Below, in pieces: positions 9,555-18,290 of a stretch of DNA of 64,000 nucleotides. Under the pieces are notes generated by a model. It was not told where the DNA came from and made no database searches. It saw nothing but the letters and a program-made list of their open reading frames with translations. The translations under genes and the position numbers were made by a program. The DNA comes from Candidatus Hodarchaeota archaeon (GTDB taxonomy: Archaea > Asgardarchaeota > Lokiarchaeia > Sigyniarchaeales > SOKP01): positions 32,001 to 96,000 of the forward strand of contig JBHLJY010000004.1 in the NCBI GenBank assembly GCA_048887225.1, read 5' to 3'. Position 1 is the first letter of the stretch, and each line of letters begins with the position of its first letter.

Positions 9555-10292
9555 TTGCTAAAACTAATGGAAAATTTAGATTTAATTTTCAATGAAAAAT
9601 TAATTAAGAAAAAATTATTGGCATTTGATTCTCGAGAGAGAATTTCCCTCAAAGATGATTTTTTTACATCATCAGCAGTCTTGTTTTCAATAATGCCATA
9701 TGAAGAAAAACCATATGATTTGGTTATAATCCATCGCACTGATAGAGGGTCACCACACAGAGGAGAAATGTCATTTCCAGGAGGAAAATTTGATCCAGAT
9801 ATTGATATCTCCTTAAAGGAGACTGCATTAAGAGAAACAAAAGAAGAAATTGGTGTATCAAAAGATAATATTAAAATTTTGGGTTGTCTTGACGATTTTC
9901 CCACCATGACCAAATATATTATAACTCCGTTTATTGGCATTATTGATCCCAATCAAAAGCTAATAAAAAATGAACGTGAAGTACAAGAAATCCTTAAAAT
10001 ACCAATTGATTTTTTCGTAAGTAAAAAAAATTTTAGGGAGCAGGCAATTGATATTGAAGGGAAAAAATTTCCTATTTTCTACTTTAATTATAAAAACAAA
10101 CAAAATGGCAAAACTTATACAATCTGGGGTGCAACAGCATACATGATCTCAACCTTTATTGAACTCATATATGATGTGAACATGTCGGAACTTGGATTAC
10201 AACGATTTAAACTGAAAAAAATCAAGCATCTGAAGGATTATATTAAATATAGAAATAAAATCCACAGAAAATTTGAAAGAAACAAAATTTAA
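9555..10292 (+). CDS. Nudix hydrolase, CoA pyrophosphatase (NUDT7/NudL-like)
   Basis: SAVL...HRGEMSFPGG...ALRETKEEIG...IWGATA. Confidence 0.9.
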   Translation: MLKLMENLDLIFNEKLIKKKLLAFDSRERISLKDDFFTSSAVLFSIMPYEEKPYDLVIIHRTDRGSPHRGEMSFPGGKFDPDIDISLKETALRETKEEIGVSKDNIKILGCLDDFPTMTKYIITPFIGIIDPNQKLIKNEREVQEILKIPIDFFVSKKNFREQAIDIEGKKFPIFYFNYKNKQNGKTYTIWGATAYMISTFIELIYDVNMSELGLQRFKLKKIKHLKDYIKYRNKIHRKFERNKI

Positions 10293-10301
10293 TTTAAGAA
10301 A

Positions 10302-10967
10302 ATGTCCGATTCAAAATTCATTTTTAATCCTGATTTTATTCAAAAAAGATTGAAAACATATGATTCTCCTTCTAGGCTCTGTTTGGATGATGATTCATTT
10401 ATTAAATCTGCAATTGTTTTTTTAATTATTTCATATAAAGATAAACCTTACGATTTAGTTTTAATCCAACGCACTCACCGAGATAGAGATAAGCATGCTG
10501 GAGAGATGTCTTTTCCAGGAGGATTATTTGATTCACAATTGGATAAATCATATAAAGATACTGCTCTCAGAGAGACAGAAGAAGAACTTGGAATCGCTAG
10601 GGAAAAAATTAAATTGATAGGCTGTTTAGATGATCACATTACTCCTAAAAAATTTATTATCACACCTTTTGTAGGTTATATTGATGAGCATCAAGAAATG
10701 ATTAAAAACGAAGATGAAGTACAGCAGATTATAAAGATTCCTATAAGTTTTTTCACCAATAAAAAGAATTATAGAGAAAGAACATATAAACTTAAAGACG
10801 ATACGGTTGCAGTAGGAAAATATAATTATCAAGCACCCAATGATAAGAAAATTGTTATTTTTGGAGCTACAACCCATATAATTGTGACTTTTATCGAATT
10901 GGTTTATAATTTTAAACTAATGAATCCGGGAGCAAGACGGTTAACATGCGATGATTTTAAAGCTTGA
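10302..10967 (+). CDS. Nudix hydrolase, CoA pyrophosphatase paralog
   Basis: HAGEMSFPGG...ALRETEEELG...IFGATT; clear tandem paralog of the upstream gene. Confidence 0.9.
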   Translation: MSDSKFIFNPDFIQKRLKTYDSPSRLCLDDDSFIKSAIVFLIISYKDKPYDLVLIQRTHRDRDKHAGEMSFPGGLFDSQLDKSYKDTALRETEEELGIAREKIKLIGCLDDHITPKKFIITPFVGYIDEHQEMIKNEDEVQQIIKIPISFFTNKKNYRERTYKLKDDTVAVGKYNYQAPNDKKIVIFGATTHIIVTFIELVYNFKLMNPGARRLTCDDFKA

Positions 10968-11067
10968 AAATGAAAATTATTTATCTTAAAAAGATAATTT
11001 TTTTTCTTTATAAATAACAAAATTAATATTCTTATTAGATTTAAATTGTAATTTTTTCAAAATCAGT

Positions 11068-12447
11068 TTGAAAATGGCTGACGATAAATTTTTAAATAAT
11101 AGACGTGATAAAGCAGGATTTTTTAGATGCCCATCGAGCGACCACATATGTTTAGGGGAAGGAATTCACTTGTATAATGAGAGCGAAAATCGTTATTTAA
11201 TATCTCCTGTAAAGATCCATGTACAGAAAGATTCTCCAAGAGAAAAATTAATAAATAATATAAGAAATGTTTTTGAAAGGGAATTCCCAGATAGTCAACT
11301 TTCTGATTTTGATATATCAAGGATCATTTATAATGACCCTAAATTCATTAAAGATAATTTTCTTCACTCAAGAAAAATAAAGAGAAATTCAAAACCAGAT
11401 TTACTTGTACTTATGAAAATTATTTATTATATTCAAAGTTTAAGTATCAATGACATTGCAAAATTTAAAAAAATGAAAGATAATACCACTAAAATATTAG
11501 ATAACATTAAAATAGATATCAGAAAAATAATTCTTGATTTTATCTTTGATAATCCTTATAGTACGAAGTATATTAAACAAGATAATCGAACTAAACACCA
11601 AAGAGAAAATAATTATTGGAGACCTGAATTTGAACTCTTTTTAGATTTATGGTATGCTGCTTCGTTAAATAACAAAGAACCAATAACGATTAAAATCTTC
11701 CAACAAACGATTGGTAATCCTGCTTTTTCAACACCTACTAAAATTGGGAAATGTAATCCGAAATATTTTTACAATTTGCTTAAAAAAATGCCCTCCTTAT
11801 TTCCTCAAATATCACTAAAGGATTTTAAGCAGGTTCATCGAAGTGTTAAAAATTATATAAGAATTCGAAATTTAAGGGAAACTTATAGAAATTATTCAAT
11901 CTATTGGGAGGATGAACTAACAAAGAAAGGCCAAATTACTATTCTTCTTTTAAGAGATTTAGGTGTGGAAGTATTAACTCTTAAAAAGATTCCATCAATA
12001 AGTTTTAATAAAAATTTAGATTTACATGATCCAATAAAATATCAACGACATCATATATTTCCTAACGATAAAGATTCAATTAATCCGAACAGATTAGTGC
12101 TTGCAGTTTTAACTTCCCACACTAGTTTAGAAGGATTAACAAATTTAATAATTTCTCTTATAAAGGATAGAATAAAATCATGCGATAATATTCCACAATA
12201 TTATAAAAACAATATTAAAAATGCTCAACAATTATGGAATGAATTTCTAAAAAGACGAGATATTATAAAAAATATGGGTATAGAATACTTTTTCAGGACC
12301 TATTATCCTGATGTAGTGAATAGGTTTTATAAAAATGTTCCAAGAGGTCATCTTAAACTAGCAATTAAACAAGTGATTAAAAATTGGCTTAAAGATGGAA
12401 ATCCAGAACCCGTACTTCCAAAATATTTATGGCTTCAACTTATTTGA
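11068..12447 (+). CDS. Hypothetical basic protein with a possible HNH-like motif
   Basis: 459-aa ORF; YQRHHIFPNDKDSINPNRLVLAVLTSH resembles a His-Me nuclease motif. Confidence 0.5.
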   Translation: MKMADDKFLNNRRDKAGFFRCPSSDHICLGEGIHLYNESENRYLISPVKIHVQKDSPREKLINNIRNVFEREFPDSQLSDFDISRIIYNDPKFIKDNFLHSRKIKRNSKPDLLVLMKIIYYIQSLSINDIAKFKKMKDNTTKILDNIKIDIRKIILDFIFDNPYSTKYIKQDNRTKHQRENNYWRPEFELFLDLWYAASLNNKEPITIKIFQQTIGNPAFSTPTKIGKCNPKYFYNLLKKMPSLFPQISLKDFKQVHRSVKNYIRIRNLRETYRNYSIYWEDELTKKGQITILLLRDLGVEVLTLKKIPSISFNKNLDLHDPIKYQRHHIFPNDKDSINPNRLVLAVLTSHTSLEGLTNLIISLIKDRIKSCDNIPQYYKNNIKNAQQLWNEFLKRRDIIKNMGIEYFFRTYYPDVVNRFYKNVPRGHLKLAIKQVIKNWLKDGNPEPVLPKYLWLQLI

Positions 12448-12553
12448 AGAAATATAAAAAATGAGGATAAAAAAGAGAGGATTTCTAAATAGGTTTCAAA
12501 TATTGAAAAAACCAAAAATTTCTTTTAAATTTATTAATTTTATTAATTTAAAT

Positions 12554-12706
12554 GGCCCTCGACGGTCGGATTTTGGAATCGTCTCGTTTTCAAACGATAA
12601 GTGGTCTTCGACGCTGGGCTTCAAACCCAGTTATCCTGCGGAGGGATAGGAGTTCGATAATTGCAAGGATTTTCCTTACTTTTGGAAGTCTCCTCGAGGG
12701 CCGCCA
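12554..12706 (+). tRNA. selC: tRNA-Sec (UCA) with two introns (12571-12600, 12659-12688)
   Basis: 9-bp acceptor GGCCCTCGA/TCGAGGGCC, G73 and encoded CCA; after splicing: 7-bp D stem GTCGGAG/CTTCGAC with TGGT loop, 6-bp anticodon stem GCTGGG/CCCAGT with CT-TCA-AA, long variable arm, 4-bp T stem GGAG/CTCC with TTCGATT (9/4 fold); directly upstream of SepSecS. Confidence 0.95.
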
Positions 12707-12728
12707 TTTTAAGATTTTAATGTGATGT

Positions 12729-14081
12729 ATGTTGGTTGATTTCAACAAAATAAGCGAATTTTTTAAAAACTCACCTATACCTCAAAACATGTTAAATAGA
12801 GGGCAGATAGTCTTAGATAATTTTTTAAAACCCATAAAGATTTTATTTGAACAGAAAAATGTACCCAAAGAACCTTGGAGTGACGAACAAATCGAGGTAT
12901 TACTTCAAGCTCTTTCAAATATGGATACTGACAAGGATACTAATGCCGCTAAAGTAGGCGAAAGGGAGGCAAGAATTGCTTCCAAACTCCATTTAAAAAC
13001 TTCAGCCGGATTCTGTCATGGAGTTGGTAGAAGCGGTTTTTTAACAGCTCCGCAACCAAAGGCTCCAGGTGGATCAATAATGTACGAAATCTCTAATTTT
13101 TTAGCGAGAAATTTTCTTAAAAATTTTGGCCTACCCAATATTAAGGATGCGATTGTTGTTCCTTTAGCAACAGGAATGTCGTTATCTTTATGTTTAGGTG
13201 CTTTAAGACTTGATATAGAGAGTAATAAAAACACAATATTAGTGCCACGAATAGATCACAAATCTATATTAAAAGCATTTGATTTAGGAGGTTTTAAACC
13301 TAAAATTATTAATGGTAAAATATTTGGTGATGCTGTAAGAGTGCCTATTGATGATATTAAAGCAAAATTAGATAATAATTGCTTTGCGATTATATCTTTT
13401 ACGAGTTTTTTTCCACCCAGAGAGTATGATGATATAAAAGAAATTAGTAAATTTGCTCAAGAAAATAACCTTGTTCATCTTGTAGTTAATGCATATGGTG
13501 TTCAAAGTCCCGAATGGATGAAATTAATTAGTTCTGCTATTGATGCAGGAAGAATAGATGTCATTATTCAATCTACAGATAAGAATTTTCTTACACCAGT
13601 AGGCGGAGCTGTAATTGCCTCCCCTCGAAAAGAAATAATATCTACAATCAGTCAAGCGTATGCTGGTCGAGCTTCAGCAACACCAGTTGTAAACTTTCTT
13701 ATTTCTATGCTTTCTTTAGGTATTAGTGGGTATCAGAATCTATTGGAAGAACAAAAAAAAAATCGTGTATTACTTGAAGAAAAGTTAAAAGAAACTGCGG
13801 ATAAAATAAATGAAAGACTTTTAGATATATTTAATCCTGTAGCCGTCGCACTATCTCTTGAAAATTTAAAAAAAGAACAAATAACTGCTTTAGGGGGTGC
13901 TTTATATAATTTAAGAGTCACTGGACCTAGAGTCTATAATCCTAAAGATGATAATTTTGGAACATGTTGTGATAATTATCCTATCCCCTATATTGTAATG
14001 AATGCAGCTATAGGAGCTAAACCTACGGATATTAATTCTGCAATTGAAAGATTTGAAAAAGCTTATGACCAAATTACCTAA
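12729..14081 (+). CDS. spcS: O-phosphoseryl-tRNA(Sec) selenium transferase (SepSecS)
   Basis: VGEREARI, HGVGRSG, QPKAPGGS, VPLATGMS, DHKS, NAYG, QSTDKNF (PLP Lys), YAGRAS. Confidence 0.96.
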   Translation: MLVDFNKISEFFKNSPIPQNMLNRGQIVLDNFLKPIKILFEQKNVPKEPWSDEQIEVLLQALSNMDTDKDTNAAKVGEREARIASKLHLKTSAGFCHGVGRSGFLTAPQPKAPGGSIMYEISNFLARNFLKNFGLPNIKDAIVVPLATGMSLSLCLGALRLDIESNKNTILVPRIDHKSILKAFDLGGFKPKIINGKIFGDAVRVPIDDIKAKLDNNCFAIISFTSFFPPREYDDIKEISKFAQENNLVHLVVNAYGVQSPEWMKLISSAIDAGRIDVIIQSTDKNFLTPVGGAVIASPRKEIISTISQAYAGRASATPVVNFLISMLSLGISGYQNLLEEQKKNRVLLEEKLKETADKINERLLDIFNPVAVALSLENLKKEQITALGGALYNLRVTGPRVYNPKDDNFGTCCDNYPIPYIVMNAAIGAKPTDINSAIERFEKAYDQIT

Positions 14082-14196
14082 TCATATTAAAAAAAAAAAT
14101 TCTTCTAAGGTTATCGAAATAGATATATATAAATTTGAAATTAAAAATTATAAGAATATATCAAATTCCAAAAAGTGACATAGAGTATAATAGATT

Positions 14197-14880
14197 ATGG
14201 TCGAAAACCGTCTGCTTGATCAATTTAACTCTGTAATCACTTCCGAGTGGTTATCCACTAATATTACGGAAGATTATGCCCCTTTAAATCATAAAGAATT
14301 GTTTGAATTGGCCTATCATACATCTAATAATGTAGGTAATAGAAATATTTTTATAACATTATCCCAAGATGAACATAAAGCTGGTTCAAAAGCAATTCTT
14401 TATTCAAACACCAAAAAATTTATCTCAATTGAAGCTCTTGACGATAAATTGTCAATTACAAAGTACTACAGCGAAGGTAGTAGTGGTGATAAATTAATTA
14501 ATGAAACAGCCCCCAAACTCAGAAAGAGGAAGGAAATATTTGTTAAAAAGGAAAAAAATGTGAGAGAACAAATTCTTAAATCTATCTTAGTTGAAAGAAA
14601 GCTAGACGAGTGTGCCAATCTGGTAATGGTTAAAGATATTAATCGAAAGATTTATTTCGCCATTGGTGATGCGAGAGAATCTGCTGCGGTTGTGCCATTA
14701 TTTATGGAGGCTGAAGGAGCAAGTTTGGTGCAATTAGCGCTTAACAAATGGATGAGTACAACCCAACAATTAGATGAAGAGGGAGCATTCCCAGAAACTC
14801 ATGTCTCTGGATTACTTAAAAACTTAATGCAGATTAAGAAATGGTTGCTAAATTTAATTTCTCTTAATTTAGATAAATAA
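14197..14880 (+). CDS. Hypothetical protein
   Basis: 227-aa ORF with host-like codon usage; no recognised motif. Confidence 0.6.
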   Translation: MVENRLLDQFNSVITSEWLSTNITEDYAPLNHKELFELAYHTSNNVGNRNIFITLSQDEHKAGSKAILYSNTKKFISIEALDDKLSITKYYSEGSSGDKLINETAPKLRKRKEIFVKKEKNVREQILKSILVERKLDECANLVMVKDINRKIYFAIGDARESAAVVPLFMEAEGASLVQLALNKWMSTTQQLDEEGAFPETHVSGLLKNLMQIKKWLLNLISLNLDK

Positions 14881-14935
14881 CCTAATTTTAACATCTGATA
14901 ATTTTTTCAAAAAGAATTATAATTTGAGAATCAAA

Positions 14936-15119
14936 TGCTCCCGGGGGGATTTGAACCCCCGATTTCTTGGTTTTTTACAAATCGTAAAAATCTCTCAGGT
15001 TTTTACTAAACACAGACAGAAATTTTAAAATTGTATGTCTATGTGTCAATTATAAGACCTGCGCTTGTTGATCAAGCTCATAAAACCTGTGCTTGTTAAC
15101 CAGGCTAAGCAACGGGAGC
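14936..15119 (-). tRNA. tRNA-Ile (UAU) with three introns (15067-15096, 15001-15049, 14964-14993)
   Basis: Spliced product GCTCCCG TT GCTT AGCCTGGTTA AAGC G CAGGT CTTATAA ACCTG AGATC GGGGG TTCAAAT CCCCC CGGGAGC A is a complete cloverleaf; each intron has BHB-like junctions; CCA not encoded. Confidence 0.88.
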
Positions 15120-15261
15120 TTTTTAAAATCAACAACTATAGAATTATACAAAGTGAAAAAGAACTAAAAACATAAAAATTTAACTATAATCCCTAATGTT
15201 ATAATTATATTCAAAAAAATATTAAAAAAAGTGTTATCAGAGCTTAAAAAGGTGATAATTA

Positions 15262-15675
15262 TTGGCTGAAATGATGCAAGACCTTTTAAATTCGATTTAT
15301 AACCGTATCGCACAATTGGGGCAAGCTATTCAAAGTTTAAAGACTACTTTAGACGAGTTAAACCAAAATATTGAGCAAAAAATATCTAATTTAAACGAAA
15401 GAATGTTAGAATTCTCAAAAGAAATTAATACAACTCAAACAATACATATTGACGCTTTAAAAGAGATAGGATTTGAGGTTAAAAGTGAAATAGAAAGAAT
15501 TCGACAAGGGTTGGCACTCGATTCATTCCAGAACATGATTTCATCTCTCGAAAATTTCGAAAAATTAGCTTCTGAAGTGCTTAATCAAGACACAGTGAAT
15601 TTATTATTATCCGAAGCGATCGAATCTGTGAAGAAACTGAAAGAGAATCTACGAGAGGAAGAGGTGAGCGGTTAA
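15262..15675 (+). CDS. Coiled-coil hypothetical protein
   Basis: All-helical heptad pattern; GGTGAT RBS upstream. Confidence 0.7.
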   Translation: MAEMMQDLLNSIYNRIAQLGQAIQSLKTTLDELNQNIEQKISNLNERMLEFSKEINTTQTIHIDALKEIGFEVKSEIERIRQGLALDSFQNMISSLENFEKLASEVLNQDTVNLLLSEAIESVKKLKENLREEEVSG

Positions 15676-15677
15676 GA

Positions 15678-16100
15678 ATGGCTGAACAGCTATTAGATCA
15701 AATGATACAAAAAATTAACGCAATTACGCAATCTTTAGAAGGAACAATTTCTCAAATTCAGAATATGAGCGATACAATCAATAATATAAATCAAAAATTT
15801 AGTGAGGAGACTGTAAGCTTAACAGAAAATATCAGATTAATTGTAGAAGTATTAAAACAATTTCGCGTACAGTCATCTAAAAGTTTAAAAGAATTGTCAG
15901 ATGAATTAAACGACAAAATACAAGATTTATGGGATAAAAATTCTTTAGAATCTATTCTAAAAGAAGAGAAGGACTCACTTGACATAATAAGACAAGGAGA
16001 AATAGCGGTTTCCAATAATTTGTATTACGCTCAATTGCTCTCTATAATTCGCTCTATTAGAGAAGAAACAAATAGGGTATTAAGTGGAAGAAAAACTTAA
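15678..16100 (+). CDS. Coiled-coil hypothetical protein (probable paralog of upstream gene)
   Basis: Similar size and N-terminus (MAEQLLDQ vs MAEMMQDL; NINQK vs NIEQK); GAGGTGA RBS-like motif upstream. Confidence 0.7.
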   Translation: MAEQLLDQMIQKINAITQSLEGTISQIQNMSDTINNINQKFSEETVSLTENIRLIVEVLKQFRVQSSKSLKELSDELNDKIQDLWDKNSLESILKEEKDSLDIIRQGEIAVSNNLYYAQLLSIIRSIREETNRVLSGRKT

Positions 16101-16282
16101 TTCTATCTTTTTAAATCTTAAAATTATTAAGTTATAGCTAACTTTAAGGTGGTCCTTTATTTTATGCTAAAAAATAAAGATGAAAATTAACGCAAACTAA
16201 TAAAGAAGAATATTCCTAAAATCTAAAGCGTTGCTGGATTTTTATCAGGTTTTTAAAAGAATTCAGAAAAATAATAATAGTT

Positions 16283-17116
16283 ATGACAGATTCTAAAAAA
16301 AACATAATCGCACTTTTAACTGATTTTGGTCCTCTCGGAGGTCATTACGTAGCCAGTATGAAGGGTGTTATTTTAAAAATTAATCCTAATGTTAAGATCA
16401 TTGATATCTCTCATAACATATCATCCTTTTCGATAATTGAAGCCTCATATGTAATTAAAACTACATATAAATATTTTCCAGAAAATACTGTTTTTATAAT
16501 AGTTGTAGACCCAGGAGTAGGAAGTTCGAGAAAAATATTAGCCATTAAAACAAAAGCAAATTATTTTTTTGTTGGTCCTGATAATGGGATTTTTTTAAAT
16601 GCAATTTCTACGGACGAAATCTCAGAATGTGTTATAGTAAATAATGATAATTATTTTATAAAGCCAGTCTCAAAAACCTTTCATGGGAGAGATATAATGG
16701 CTCCTGTTGGAGCTCACATCTTAAATGGAATCCACTTAAACGATTTTGGCCCTCCTTTTGAACCAATAAATTTTGCTAAATATCCAATCGAATATGAAGT
16801 CCTCCCGGAAAAGAAAGTCATCAAGTGCACTATTATGTATGTGGATAATTTTGGAAATGGAATTACTAATATAGCAATAGAGAAAAATTTTATTAAAGGA
16901 ACATCTTTATTGTTAAAAGAAAATATGGTTATTGCTTTAGAATTCAAATCCCGAAAATATGAAGGCAAATTCATATCTCATTTTGCGTCCGCATCCCTAA
17001 ATTCTCTTGTCTTCTTGAAAGGATCAACTAATTATCTGGAAATTTCAATAAATCAAGGAAATGCAAGTAAAGACATAGGTTTTAAATCGGGCGATATTAT
17101 TACAATTAATTTATAA
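16283..17116 (+). CDS. SAM hydroxide adenosyltransferase / chlorinase-fluorinase (DUF62) family protein
   Basis: LLTDFG, VVDPGVGS, GPDNG, TFHGRD, YVDNFGN motifs. Confidence 0.92.
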   Translation: MTDSKKNIIALLTDFGPLGGHYVASMKGVILKINPNVKIIDISHNISSFSIIEASYVIKTTYKYFPENTVFIIVVDPGVGSSRKILAIKTKANYFFVGPDNGIFLNAISTDEISECVIVNNDNYFIKPVSKTFHGRDIMAPVGAHILNGIHLNDFGPPFEPINFAKYPIEYEVLPEKKVIKCTIMYVDNFGNGITNIAIEKNFIKGTSLLLKENMVIALEFKSRKYEGKFISHFASASLNSLVFLKGSTNYLEISINQGNASKDIGFKSGDIITINL

Positions 17117-17133
17117 GCGAATATGAAAAATTT

Positions 17134-18264
17134 ATGGAAAAAGAAATTCTAGCTTGCATAGATAACAATAATTTAAAATATCTACAATCAGGGCAGATCT
17201 CTAAATATATCTTTCCAGTTTCTCGGAAAGAAGCACATCAAAAAAATATTACTCATTTAATAGTCCGCTTTTTTATAATGGCCATTACTCCTGAAAATGA
17301 ATTTCTTTATTTAGTGCAAAAACGAGGAAAAACTAAGGAAAGTTACCCTAAATATTATACAGATTCTGCTTCTGGTCATGTAGAGTATGAAAAAAATTTA
17401 AATCTCAACAAAATTAAAAAAAATGCAACACGAGAACTTGAAGAAGAATTTGGAATTCCAAGAAAGGGAATTCAGAAAATAATATTTTACGATCTAGATG
17501 AAGAAAAAGATAATTTTACTTCTGAAATCGCTTTCATTTTTTTAGGTTTGGTTAATTATAATATAAAATTAGACCCTAATCCTAAAGAATTAGAATCCGA
17601 TGGAAGTAAATTCTATACAAAATTACAATTAGAAAAATTGTTAGAAACTCAAAAATCAGTTGATTATTCTAAAGAAATTTGGAAAGAATTAATAAAAACT
17701 GATATTAAAGACCTTTTTGAAACAGAGAAAGATTCACAATCAAATAAGAAAGAAAAGGTTGCGTTGTTTATTGGAAGATTTCAGCCACTACATCATGGGC
17801 ATATTTATGTCATAAGAAATATTTTAAAATCGTTTCATACTTTAAAAATTGGAATTGGAAGCTCACAATTATCGAATGTCAAAAACGATCCTTTCACGAA
17901 CGATGAAAGAAAACAATTTATAAATGCCGCATTGAAAAAAAGAGAAATACCAACTAAAAAATATAAAATATACAATATTCCAGACATATATAACGCAAAA
18001 AAATGGTGTGATCATGTAATTTCTATAGTAGGAGAATTTGATGTCGTCTTTTCTAATAGTTCTTTCATTAGACAACTATTTCAAAATAAAGGGATTAAAG
18101 GTGGAAGAAGACTTGTTATATTTAAAAATAAATTCAATGCAACAAACATCAGAAATTTAATAGCTAAAGATGATAAAAATTGGCTAAAGCTTGTGCCAAA
18201 AGAGGTATATAATTTAATACAAAAATTTAATGGAGTAGAAAGAATTAAATCTTTAAATAAATAA
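17134..18264 (+). CDS. Fusion of an N-terminal Nudix (IDI-like) domain and a C-terminal NMN adenylyltransferase
   Basis: SASGHV...ATRELEEEFGI (Nudix box), then FIGRFQPLHHGH, IGSSQ, DPFT, NATNIR (NadM family). Confidence 0.88.
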   Translation: MEKEILACIDNNNLKYLQSGQISKYIFPVSRKEAHQKNITHLIVRFFIMAITPENEFLYLVQKRGKTKESYPKYYTDSASGHVEYEKNLNLNKIKKNATRELEEEFGIPRKGIQKIIFYDLDEEKDNFTSEIAFIFLGLVNYNIKLDPNPKELESDGSKFYTKLQLEKLLETQKSVDYSKEIWKELIKTDIKDLFETEKDSQSNKKEKVALFIGRFQPLHHGHIYVIRNILKSFHTLKIGIGSSQLSNVKNDPFTNDERKQFINAALKKREIPTKKYKIYNIPDIYNAKKWCDHVISIVGEFDVVFSNSSFIRQLFQNKGIKGGRRLVIFKNKFNATNIRNLIAKDDKNWLKLVPKEVYNLIQKFNGVERIKSLNK

Positions 18265-18290
18265 TAATAAAAGAAGAAATAGCATTTGTG

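Noticed and set aside
12461-12649. 62-aa ORF
   Set aside because: Overlaps the tRNA-Sec gene and ends inside it; spurious
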